From Euglena gracilis (Eukaryota), in NCBI GenBank assembly GCA_039621445.1, contig CP154954.1, positions 27,454,123 to 27,518,122 of the forward strand: a DNA stretch of 64,000 nucleotides, written 5' to 3'. Each line of letters opens with the position of its first letter. Within the stretch, counting starts at the first letter, position 1. Position numbers and translations under genes: made by a program. Under the pieces are notes generated by a model. That model made no database searches, was not told the origin of the DNA, and saw nothing but the letters and a program-made list of their open reading frames with translations. This document shows positions 46,255 through 57,950 of the stretch, piece by piece.

Positions 46255-46708
46255 CAAGGCTGGATTGAGGTTGAGGTATTGAGGTTGAGGTTGAGGCTGA
46301 GGTTGAGGTTGAGGTTTTCCAACCTCCATCTTTCCTCAATGTCACCTCAATGCGAAAATCCAAAGGAATACGACTCAACAACAAAGAGAATTGAAAAAGA
46401 GTTACAAAGAGAGGCAAATTACCTGGATTTTTTCAAAAATTGGCAATTGGTCACTTATTTCAAGTTTTTAATCGGCACCCCACTATTTTTTCTTGTTTCC
46501 ACCCACATATGTTGTAAATTGTCATAAAAGCTGTCAAAATTGCCTTTGGAAAAGGTTTTAGAAGAGGAGGTGGTCCAATCCATGCTTTTTGTGAGTTCAT
46601 TTTTTTGAATTTTGGACATTGAGGTAACATTGAGGTTGAGGTTGAGGTTGAGGTCGTTGACATTGAGGTTGAACTTTTTTTGAAATCCTCAACCTCAATC
46701 CCGCCCTG
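46255..46708. mobile_element. TIR element with 7-bp TSD and (GAGGTT)n subterminal repeats
   Basis: CAAGGCTGGATTGAGGTTGAGG ... CCTCAACCTCAATCCCGCCCTG; TSD ATGGTAC; empty site in related host at ~36630. Confidence 0.85.
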
Positions 46709-49162
46709 ATGGTACACCCCTCTCCCCCCATCCGAGACCCCCTCGCCACGCCATTTCCCTCCCCCCCCCCCCCTATTTGGACCCCCTCGCCACGGCGTAC
46801 CAACCCCCCATCAAACATCATTGGGGGTGTACGGGTCGTGGGGGGGTCGCGGGGGGGTCGCGGGGAGAACGTGACAGTTTTGATGGGTCACGTGTGACTA
46901 GTGTGACCTCACATACAACGTCACATGTCACCTATTTTTAGAACTATTAGGAATTTATCACACATTTTTGGCAATTTTGATTCCTAATTTTGGGTGCCAA
47001 TTCCTAATCAGGTTCCATTTTTGCTCCTATTGGGATGTGGAAACCCTCCATGTGTGGGTCGCGGGGGTCGTGCGGGGGGGGGGGGTGGGGGGTACACCCC
47101 CATTCTGTGAAGTGGTCCCACTCATGGGTCGTTTGGACTTGTGTCCACATTGGTGCCCTGTAGGAGGGCGGACATTAATGTGGGATGGGCCATTCCTAGC
47201 GCGGAGGGTTTCTGTTTTTTGAATGTCATACTAATGTCAATTGTCTGTCAGAAACCCTTGTCATTTGTCAAAATTGGGAATGCAAGCCTGGATCACCCAA
47301 TTGAAAGCTCAGTCGATGTGACCTGCGTTTGCCCTCGGGATACAGTCCCTCCTGGACAACTGGACAAGCTGCAAGGTAAACCCTCCCCCCAAATGATACC
47401 CCCCCCAAATAATACCCCCCCTTGGGGTCCGACTTTGGCCGCCGAAATAATACCCCCCCCCAATTTTGGGCCGAATGCCCGGATTTTTACCTGATAATGT
47501 AGGTAAAAATCACAATCTCTGACAACAAATTGTGTGTGTTACCCCCGTGACCCCCCCCCGTGACCCCCCGTGACCTGAACAAGGACCGTTTTGGCGAAAT
47601 TTTGTGGGGAAAATTCTTTGCTGGTGATGCCTAATTTAAGAAAATTCTCAGGCAGATTCCTAATTTTCAGGTGTAAATTTTTCAAATTTGAGCTTGGATT
47701 CCTAATTTGGTGTCAAAATCCTAATTTCAGGTGTGGCGATTCCTAATTTGTTTAATTTTTCCCCGCTCGATGATTCCTAATTTTGCCACCAAAAATATGG
47801 TGTTCCCCCCGTGACCCCCCCTCGTGACCCCCCGGTGACCCCCCCGTGACCCGAACCACCCCCAGTGACCCCAAAGGGGTTCACGGGACTCTGAAACCGT
47901 GTATTGGGGCTCTGGCTTCACGCCCGAACCGGCGTTCTGGACGCCGGTTCGGCGCAGAAATTTTTGCACCGAACCGGCGTCCAGAACGGGAAGATGGCGT
48001 CCAGGGGAACCAAAATAAAAGTGTCAAAAGTGTTCAAAATGGTTAGTAGACATGTGGCAATCACATCTGAGCAGTTTTTGGGGTATTTGGCCAGATACCA
48101 CCCCCCCCCCCCTCTATTTGGCCGCCCTCCGGGCGGCCCGGACCCCCCTTCTGGCCAATTAGGGAGGGGGGACAATTAGGGGGGGGTTACCCCTACCCCC
48201 CCCCTAATTGGCCACCTGGACCCCGTCCTTTACAGTCGCGAACCCCCTAAAACACCCAAATAAAGACATTTTCCCTTGAAATGAGTAACCCCCCCCCCCT
48301 AATTGGCCACCTGGGCTCTGGCCAATTAGGGGGGGGGACAAATAGAGGGGGGGGGGGTTGGTATTGTATTTTGTGCAACAATTTCCATTTGGCCAAGTTT
48401 GGGGAATTTTTGAAATAGAACACCATGCAGCATGGCTGAAATCTAAGGCCATCTGCTGAAAGCCCCTGAGAAGAGCTTTCAACCGATGGGCAACATGGCT
48501 GGTGAAACATAGGAATTTCGACTTTGCAAACAGGGTCGGAAAATGCGATCGCCGATTTTCAGAGTGCTCTGCGGTATAGCTGAGTTCTGAGGGTACCAAA
48601 TGAAAGGTCTTGGCGAGAGCTTTCAATTGATATGCTGTATGGCACCTGAGGTGTGGGATTTCACAAATTAAGATGTCAAATTTTGGAATGCACGATCGCT
48701 GAAAATAAGCGTTGTATGGATAACTGAATCCTATGGCCATTTGCCAAAAGCCCTTGAGAACAGCTTTCGATCGATGGGTAACATGGCAGCAGACCTGTGA
48801 AAATTCGAATGGCCGATCGACATGGCCATGCGCCCAAAGGAGCCCATAAATGCTCCAAATTGTTCGAAAAATGGGTATTTAAGCCGAAATTGGCCTGGAT
48901 TCCTTGAACGCCGGTTCGGGCGTGAAGCCAGAGCCCCTAATCCACGGTTTCAACAGCGGTGTCCTTCACGCCGGTTCGGGCGTGAAGCTGTGTTCCAGAA
49001 CGCCGGTTCGGGCGGCAGCCCGAACCGGCGTTCTGGACACAGTTTTCGTATCAGAAAAATTTCGAAATTTTGGAAAAATAATACCCCTTCCAAATAATAC
49101 CCCCCCTCGGGCCGGGACGTCGGCAAAAAAAAATAATACCCGGGGGGTATTATTTGGGGGGA

Positions 49163-49950
49163 CACCTGGATGATGCCCACATCATGGGCATGCCAGAACA
49201 GCTTGAAAGGGCAGTGAGGCTGATCCTGGACGAGGCCATAGATTGGTGTGGGACTCAACCTGACAAAGTGTGCCACTCCCCCCCTTTATTTGAGCACACC
49301 CACGGGCCAAAGGACCCCCCAAATGCTCAAATAAGGGGGGGTCAAATAGGGGGGGGGGGCAAAAATTCCTTTAGAAAGAGGGCAAAAAAATTTTTCGGTG
49401 CCTAAAATTTTTTCTTCCCCAAACCCAAATTAAGGGGGGGTCAAATAGGGGGGGGGAGTGGTAAGCTCTGGGGTCCCGCATTTGTTGGGCGTGTATAGGC
49501 ATCAAGACATTGTCTGAGCACCGTGAACTGTAGGTGCGGCAACAGCAGCAGTTGCAGCAGGTCGCACGCTTTCCGGACTGCCAAGAGGCGCTCCTCCCAA
49601 AGGACAGTGGTGAAGTCCAGCTTTCCTTCCGGGTGGCAGACGGGCACTCCGAACGCGCGGATGCCAGAGCCAGGTGTGAAAGGTTCGACTGGGATGCGTT
49701 AAGTGAACGATTTGCTGTGAACCACACACCTCTCGGGAGCCAAGGTGCCGTGCCATTCCTTCGCCAGCCTTCTTCGGGACACTATGCCCGTCATCACCGC
49801 CCGCCCACTAGATTATAAACAGTGGGCATAAGCCTCGTTGCCAGTCCGCCTGGGGGGCTTGGAATCCGGGACCCAGAGGTATCCAGAGAACCAGCAAGAT
49901 GGGCGGCCATCCTGGATTTCCTCTCACGAGCGGACAGACATGGCCTGGTA
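49163..49950 (+). pseudogene. Decayed reverse transcriptase of a CRE-like non-LTR retrotransposon
   Basis: HLDDAHIMG; IGVGLNLTKC/KLWGP across a MITE at 49273-49460; FPDCQEALL; QWA*ASLPVRLGG(fs)LGIRDP. Confidence 0.75.
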
Positions 49951-50331
49951 TTTTTAATTGTTTGCCGTTTAAAACTCGTTTTTTATTGTAGAGATTAAAA
50001 TATTTTGTATTTAGGTCGTTTTTTATGCAATCAAGGGGGTCTGCGGCTACCCCGACGGGAAATTTTTCGCTTCAGTAGAGAGGGCCACCCTGGGTCCGCA
50101 TTTCGTACTCCCTCAAGGCAAGCCGACCAGGGAGGAAGGCGAGGGTGAAGCACAAAGACATTGTGAGCCCGAACCCCCACCCATATAACGTGACCCCCCT
50201 ATATGTCACATTAATCGACTAATCGTTTGTGGCTGCCGATTAATCGAATCGTTCGGTGTTCGGTGGAGGGAGATTAATCGGTCCACAAAAACAGGTCAAC
50301 AGAAACAAGACAACATCTCACCATGTCAGAC

Positions 50332-51815
50332 CAGCCGTGCGGTCGTCAAAAAGGAGGACATTTGTCAGGGGTTTTTTACAGACATTTATCCTTGTCAGTC
50401 AGAAATCCAGGGAGTTTTTGACGGGGTTTTTGTCATCGGGATTGCGTCGAGGCCATTAGAGCATTTTTGCTACCCGTGGCCAGGGGTGCCGCTCGTTTTA
50501 AAACAACTTCGGCGTAGAGATCAAGTCATCCGGACGCCGATGGTTCTTCTCCGGAAAGGAGTGTAGTGGTTTTTGATTTTAAGGTCAAACTCTAACTCGT
50601 ACAAACAAACTGGCCTGGGGGCTATTCGGGACCCAAAAAAACCGGGCCCAGGGGGGGGGGGGGCGGGACGACCCGGGACAAAAAATCGGGGGCGGGGGAG
50701 GGGGTTTATTCAGGACAAAAAAAATTGGGCCAAGGAGGGGCCGGGCAATTCGGGACAAAAAATCTGGGCCTGGGGGGCTGTTCAGGACAAAATATCTGTG
50801 GGACCCACATCTGTGGCCAAAAAATGGCCCATAACTGTGGCACCTAGGTGGCCAGGTGGGCCCGACCTGTGTCCAAAAAAATTGGGCCAAAACTGTGGCA
50901 CCCAGATGGTCAAAACTGTGGCCCCACCCGTGGCCAAAAATTGGCCCATAACTGTGCCACCCATCTGGCTGATAACTGTGGCACCCAAAAGTGGCCTTTA
51001 TTGTGGCACGCCTCAGGCCCAAAGTGGCCCATGACTGTGGCCCAAAACTGCCCCCCCCACCCAGTTGAACAAAACTGGTCCCCCACTGTGGAAAAAAACT
51101 GCAGATGGAAGATCCAACATTCAGATCATCACATCCCCTTCCCAAAAATGTTCACAATGCATTGAGGCAGCAGAAAATAAACAAGTGACAGTTCGCAGCT
51201 TTAATCCAGTCCACAGCCCAAATCCAATCCATGGACATGATCAGGTTGACATAAAAAAGCCAATGGGGCCACCAAGCCCAGGCAGCCAGCAGATCAAGAA
51301 GCCGGGTAGCAAACCAGAAATGTCGCAGCATGGTGAAGTTCTGCAGCATCTGCAAAAAGGGGATGATAAGCCCTGTCCACCACTTCAATTCACACCTTGG
51401 ACAGGACTTCCCTTGTACCTTGTAACTTGTTTCCCGACATTGTGCTTGATACTTGATGATTTGACTTGCACTCAGCTTCAACTTGAAACTGGAAACTTCA
51501 TGTAGAGGTAGATCAAATCTTGAAACCCACCAGGGGCTTTCACCATGGGCCTTCTGGGTTGTTCTCCATGTCGCTCTCCTCGTCCAGCTTGATTGAATGA
51601 TTGAACCCCACCAGGGGCTTTGTTTTGCCGGCCATGTGATATGTCAAAAAAATAAACACTCAGAAAGTGCTACCGTTTGGGGAGCGGACATTAATTCAAG
51701 CCGGGCGATTCCTTATGAGAAACGCGAATATTTGACAGCTGACAAATGTCTAAATGTCATATTAATGTCAAATGTCTGTCAGAAACCCTTGTCATTTGCC
51801 AAAATTGCACTGCTG
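50332..51815 (+). mobile_element. Non-autonomous hAT-like element, copy 2
   Basis: CAGCCGTGC ... GCACTGCTG; degenerate 8-bp flanks TGTCAGAC/CATCATAC. Confidence 0.85.
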
Positions 51816-51876
51816 CATCATACATCCCAATGTTCAAGACAAAGGTTACAATGGAAAATGTTCCTATTAAGTAACA

Positions 51877-51948
51877 ATGCATGTAGTTCAGTGGTAGAGC
51901 ATGCACCTCAGAAGCGTGAGGTCGTGGGTTCGATCCCCACCATGTGTG
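51877..51948 (+). tRNA. tRNA-like gene/pseudogene (Met-like class I body, anticodon reads CAG)
   Basis: Cloverleaf: ATGCATG/CATGTGT; D arm GTTC-AGTGGTA-GAGC; anticodon loop CTCAGAA with a weak stem; T arm GTGGG-TTCGATC-CCCAC. Confidence 0.6.
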
Positions 51949-52635
51949 TGAAGTTGTAACCAATTTTAACCAGCTTTTGTTAGTTATTTTACCAACAAAA
52001 GTTGGACTTAAAAAGACGAGGCAGGAATTGAACCCACGACCACGACATTGTCACCCACCCCTGATTGTCGCCCCCCCCCCTTGGGGGCGACAATCAGGGG
52101 TGGGGGTACCCATGGACCCATGGACATGTAGGATAAATTGAGTACCCCCACCCCTAATTGTCACCCCCCCCTAATTGTTGCCAAGGGGGTCAAAACGCTC
52201 CCTGGGGTGTGCCATATAGGGGGGGGGGTCACGTCAAGAAAATTTGTCTTCAAACACCCTCGGTCAGAAGAAGATGGGGGCCGGGGGGGGGGGCAGGGGG
52301 GGGGACCCCCCAGAGAAAGAGACAGCCGCCATGGTCGCAACCACCGTAACACATGGTTACGGCGCTCACCCGTCGGGCACGGTGGGATGATCCACCGATC
52401 TGTTTGCCCACTATCGGAACTATCGGGGATCGAACCCGCATGTCTGACGGATGGTACCGATCGAAGCCGGCCCTCTGTCCGCTTGATTAACGCAGGGGAG
52501 GGAAACTATAAAATATCAGTGTTTTAATCAAAAGTGCAAATGTTTCTGTTTTAAACGCTTTATATTCAATGTCTGCGAGCAGACAACACCCTGTGCCTTC
52601 CCGAGCGGAGAGACGGGCTTGGTGATCTCGGGCCT

Positions 52636-52879
52636 CAGGAGGTTCGGCAGCCCTTCCCACCCCCCCCCCCTGGTTGTCGGACCCTCTCGTCACAGCAAAA
52701 TGGGGAACCCCCCACCCCTGGTCAGCCAACCATGCCGAACCATACCAATGAATTTTCCTTTGGGAAATTCCGGCTGCCCGCCAAGGTGGACACCCGGGGA
52801 TTTACCCCCTCGGCCCACCAAAATCCCCCCCCCCCCCCCTGGTGGCCGAGGGTCCTCGTCAGACGTGCCGAACCTCCTG
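52636..52879. mobile_element. MITE with 14-bp TIR CAGGAGGTTCGGCA
   Basis: Perfect TIR; related copy with CATG...CATG ends at ~28681-28898. Confidence 0.75.
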
Positions 52880-54530
52880 GGGAACTTTGAACAAAAGAAA
52901 CCCCCCATTTTTCTTCGGCGCCGAAAGGAAGTTTTTGACTGTTTTTGGCCACTTTTGGCCTTTTGTTGGCTCAAAATTTTTCGGACATTGAAACCCACCA
53001 ATAAGAAACCCCCACCTATAAGAAACCCCTCGGGCCATTTTTGGGAAACCCACCTATAAGAAACGGGTTTCTTGTAGGTGGGGCTTAGGTGGTGGGGAGG
53101 GCCGCCGGGCCACCAAGGTAATGGCACCAATCCGCTTTTGACAGGACTCCATGAAGAGAAAAGGTGGTGTGTTCTGGCAAGTATGGGGTGAAACTGAGAA
53201 AAACGAGGGGGAAATGCATTCTTTGTTTATGGGGCCATTCTTGTTTTCCTCCTGCCATCCCTTGTGTTTATGACGATCTGGGCTGAGGTGGGCAGCCGGG
53301 AGCCGGGGTGCGTGAGAGGTGGGGGCTCGTGGGTCAAGGGGGGGAGCAACAACCAAAAGCACTGGACGATTTTCAGTCCCAGTTATTCTTTCAAATGATT
53401 TTTTCTTACATTTCTTGAGAAAGAATTTTTCCCCAACAACTCCATCATGTTGTTGTTTCACCAACATCAACCATGGAGAAGTTGGCTGTTACACCGGCAT
53501 TCATTGCAAGGCCAACGTCAAAAGCGTTGTAAGTATGCAAAGAGCCCCCTGGCGTCCAATCCACCTCAACCAACTCAAAAAAATCAACCCAAGCTCAAAA
53601 TAATTGAGGTCTTTAAATTATGGCCAAGGATTGGTTTTTGGCATATTTCGGGGAGGTTGAAATAAGCAATCCTACTTCAACACCAAGCGACCACCGCCTC
53701 GTGAGAACTTGTGCATTGCCAAAGGAGTGGTATTTGTCTTTGTCTAAGTTCACCAGTGAGCTTAGGTTGAGAGGCCACAAAATTTTTATGTTTTTCAAAA
53801 AAAATTGTGAAATTTTGTCGTTTGTGAAATTGATCGACTTCATGCAAAATTCGCTTGGCTCTTTATAAATTTCTGAGAAATCTCAAATTTTATTGTTATT
53901 GTTATTATCCCTGGTGGATTTCATTGTTTGGTTGGCCATGAAATGGGGTGGGGGACGGAGTCTGTGCCCTGGTGAATTTCCAAACGGTGAACAAACAGTC
54001 GAGCGTCATTCTTTGTTCCTTTCAGTTCTGGATGGATGCGAACCTTGTGGCTCTTGTGGATTTTTGCGGTCCTTTTGTTATTATTGTTCATTTCGTTTCC
54101 AAAGTGGACATCTGATTCCCCACCCAGCCTTTCCCAAGCACCTGCAAATTCGATTTGTTGAAACCCACATACGCCATGTTGGTTTCACCAAACGGGGTTG
54201 AGGTGTATGGTGCGGGTAGGGGTGTGGATGTTTGCCTGCAACATTGAAATCTACAAACAACGCACCAAAGTACCCGATTGAGCCCGAAATGTTTAGAAAG
54301 TGTTTGCTGGTGTTTTACAATGCAAAAACACATTGTAACACAACGTTGCAGAATGTTACAGACCCATTTTTTTTAAAATGGACGAAGTCTGGCCATTTTC
54401 AAAGAATAGAACGTCTGCTTGCATTGGCAGGATGATTCGACGATGTTTTGGGAAGGCACAGGTCCCCCAGTTTTCTCACCCAAAAAATTGATGTTCCATT
54501 TCTCTCGCCTCAAAACTGGCTGGTTTGGAC

Positions 54531-55180
54531 CAAGGTTGACGGCTTGTTTTTTTTTAAAAAAATATGTTTTTTTAAAAAAAAACAAAAAAAACGTCATGGA
54601 GGGTTTGGGGGAAAAATTTTTTGCAATGTTTTTTTGGGAAAAAGTGCATTTTTTATCTCTACAACATTCATTTTTCTGGGTTGAAAGCATGATTTTTCGC
54701 ACCAGAAGACACAGATTTGGAAATACTTTCACACATTTGAAAAAAAATTCACAGGGGGTGTTCCCCTCATGACCCCCCTCCCCCAACCCGACCTAAGACC
54801 CGTTTCGGCCATTTTTTCCTGAAAAACTTGGCCGGTGATGCCTAATTTGACAAAATATTCCGGTAGATTTCCTAATTTTCGTTTGGGGGATTCCTATTTT
54901 GGAGCCTAAAAAGGATTTTTTCCAAAAATTCGTTTTCGGTGATTTTTAATCTGGCCACCGAAAATGTGACCCCCCCTCTTGTCCCCTCCCCCCCTTTAAC
55001 CCCCCGTGACCCCCCCTCGTGACCCGAACCACCCGCGAAAAATTTTCTTCAAAAAATGGTCATTTCGCAAGGAAAAAGGTCAATTTTTGCTTTTTCAAAA
55101 AAAACATGTTTTTTTTTGCGTTTTTTTAAAAACATGTTTTTTTGTTTCTTTTAAAAAAAACAAAAAAAACGTCAACCCTG
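54531..55180 (-). mobile_element. hAT-like MITE (CAGGGTTGACG family), inverted
   Basis: CAAGGTTGACG ... CGTCAACCCTG; TSD GTTTGGAC/GTTTGAAC. Confidence 0.9.
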
Positions 55181-55299
55181 GTTTGAACCCCCATTCTGCT
55201 TGTCTATACAAATTCAAAGCATAATGCAAAGTCCCTAAGGAAGACCATCTATGTTGCCTTGTCCTTCTGGGTTGTTTTTGAAAAACCAGTTGAGGTTCA

Positions 55300-57950
55300 C
55301 AAAAAACTCAAAAAATGGAGTCCTGCTGCCCTTCAAGCAAGTGCTTGACATTGCGTTGCAACATGAAGTGTCCCTTGCTTTACCAATACTTGCAATTATA
55401 ATAGGAACTCGCCCCGGATGGGCTTTGCTGTGACAATTCCATCCTTGATTTGCCTTGGAAAGGACAGTTGCACCAAGAGAGTGAAGAGTTACTAATTTGA
55501 CATCCCACTAGAAGTTCAAAAACCTTTTTTTGTTCTATTTTTACTTCTGGAAAAGAAGAGGTGTTCAAACAAAATTCATAGGAATATTTTCATGACTCCC
55601 TTCTAGGGTTTTTGGTGAGTCTCTCATGGTTTGGCGGTCTGGTTGGGTTGCCAGAACCACCTTTTCCCAAATTTCGGGGGGGGGGGGGGCCGGACCTCCC
55701 CCCCCAAGCCTCCAATGGAGCAAGACGTCTAAGTCACAAAACCCCATCTCTACCTCAAATTTGAAAATAATAAATTGAGATGTTTTTCTTTGGGTCAAAT
55801 TGAACCTCTCTTGGGGGACCACCATTGGGTCAAATTGCATCTCTGGTGGGGGAGCACCGTCAATGGAAAATGGGTGGCTCAAAACAAGACGCAATTGTGA
55901 TACTATACCTCAAGTGCAGTTCACATGGATGGTTGTGTTTACAACCCATCCATGAAATGTCATCAAGATCATTTCTCCATGAATGTCATCAGCAATTGAA
56001 AATAGCATGCCCCCCCCCTGATGGCTGGTGTTTCCCAATTAGAATGTCTCCCAATCACCAAGCAGCAAGGCCAAGCTGCAACTTGTTGTTGCGATTATTA
56101 TCATCAATATCCATCCAAGATGTTCAATTGGGGACCATTCAGAGTTGGATGAATTTTGAGACTCACAACGGCAATTCAGCCGATTTCGTGTGGATGATGT
56201 TGGCAAGGATCAGAACAACAACATGGCCACCAGATGTGAAAATCCTTTTTGGCATTAGACCTGGAGGGTCTTAAATTTCCGCCTGAAAGGCCAGAGTGCT
56301 TTCAGTGAAACAGTGTTTTCAGTGCCGGTCGTGACATTTTTATTATGGAAACAGTTTTTTTGGATGATTTTGGTGCGGTCAAAGTCGGAAAAAGTTCGGG
56401 TGTCCAAATGGAATTTTCATTGAGGTCACAGTGATTAAATTCATGATTAATTTTGCGGATTATATCAAATATTCGCATATAGATTGTCGAAGGTTGGTGA
56501 ACACTGGCCACCCATGGATTAAAACGATTCCCTCATTCTTCATTAATGCAATTCTGTTATTTTTGATTGTTCGCTGCAAGGTGCCACAGCAAATGGTTTC
56601 CATTCTCGTCTTGTCATTGTGCAGCAAGGCAACTCCTCCAAAGCATCAGATGCAATAAAACGTCTCAAAGTTGATGGACACAATCAGGCGTGAACAAAAT
56701 GGCTGGTTGTATTTGTTCGTCTTTGTCAAAGTTTTAACAGTTGTTGACAAGGATTACAATTTTTTTGTCACACAGCAGACACGGAGGTGGCAAATTTTTT
56801 TTCTGTTGTGGCCATGGCGAAGCACAAAAGAAAAAGTCAACGTGGAGCAGAACTCCTTTGCAGCAGTGAATATTTTTTTTTGGTTGCAGAGCACAGAGAA
56901 ACCGCACAGAGAAACACACACAAGAGGGGGTGTCTCCCCCGCGTCCCCCCCGCGTCCCCCCCCCCCGCGTCCCACTTTGAAACCATAATTTTGTTCTCGA
57001 GACAGCCAATTTTAGGAGGCTGATTCCTAATTTCAGGCAAATTTGAGGTTGGTGATTCCTAATTTGGTGTGGGTGATTCCTAACTTGCGGTGGGTGATTC
57101 CTACTTTGGGGTGGGTTTGTCCTAATTTGTTTGGTAGAATCCTAATTTGGCTAAAATTTTCTCGCGGCAAATTCCTAATTTCACTGTCCCAAAAATGGCG
57201 TCTCGCCCGCATCCCCCCCCCACGTCCCCCCCGCATCCCCCCCCCCCCGGCGTCCCAGACATCCCCAGAAATCTGCTGTAGTACAACAGGCTACAAAAAA
57301 TATTGTTCCAGGGTGCTCGCATCGCAAGAAATTTCTAGTTTTGCTAGCGACGAGTCTGCTCACCAATGAACAAAGTGAATGCTTGTTTTCTGTAAGGTAA
57401 AGAAAATATGGCCCTGGTAGATCACCTTCCTAGGCAGTGGGCCACTATGACCACACCATGTGCTGAACCAATAATTCACCAAGTTTTGTGCAGTGCTGAG
57501 CTCTTTCCCTGATTGATGGTGCCATCAGCTCAGAGCTCCTTGAAATGGTCATCACCCAGGCAAGCTGTGGAGTCACGGGGAAGTCAAATACCGTTCCATT
57601 TGGATGCCTTAAGGGCCTCAATTTCAGTCTGCAATTTGAGCTTGCCATCGAGTTACCAGAAAAACCAGGTATCGTTAGATGGGGCATTGCAGGGGCTTGA
57701 ATTCTATTATACTGAGCCCATTTGATGACTCGGCACAGCTTGAAATTTCTTTTTGTTGCTGGCAGATAGACCCTGTTTTACATTGGAATGGCCCAGTGGA
57801 ATCGGCGTAAATCAGGCTAGACACACAATTAGTATTCATATAGGGTGATTTATGTTGGGGGAGTAGGTCATTCCATTTGCTAAAAAAAATCCAAACATTT
57901 GGTTGGATTTCCAATGAATTATATACAAATCATGGTTGGCTGCTCTTCCA
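55300..57950 (-). pseudogene. Decayed Mutator-like (MULE) transposase remnant
   Basis: KTNKYNQPF...IVSIN...CFGGVALLHND at ~56600-56725 resembles the MULE DDE N-terminal motif; CNCPF (SWIM-like) at ~55460; many stops; extent approximate. Confidence 0.5.

Larger units (their letters stand above)
38698..47285 (+). mobile_element. hAT-like element expanded to 8.6 kb by nested insertions
   Basis: Perfect 8-bp direct repeat GCCTGGAT at 38690 and 47286; both termini are homologous to the ends of the 39096/50332 family. Confidence 0.72.
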
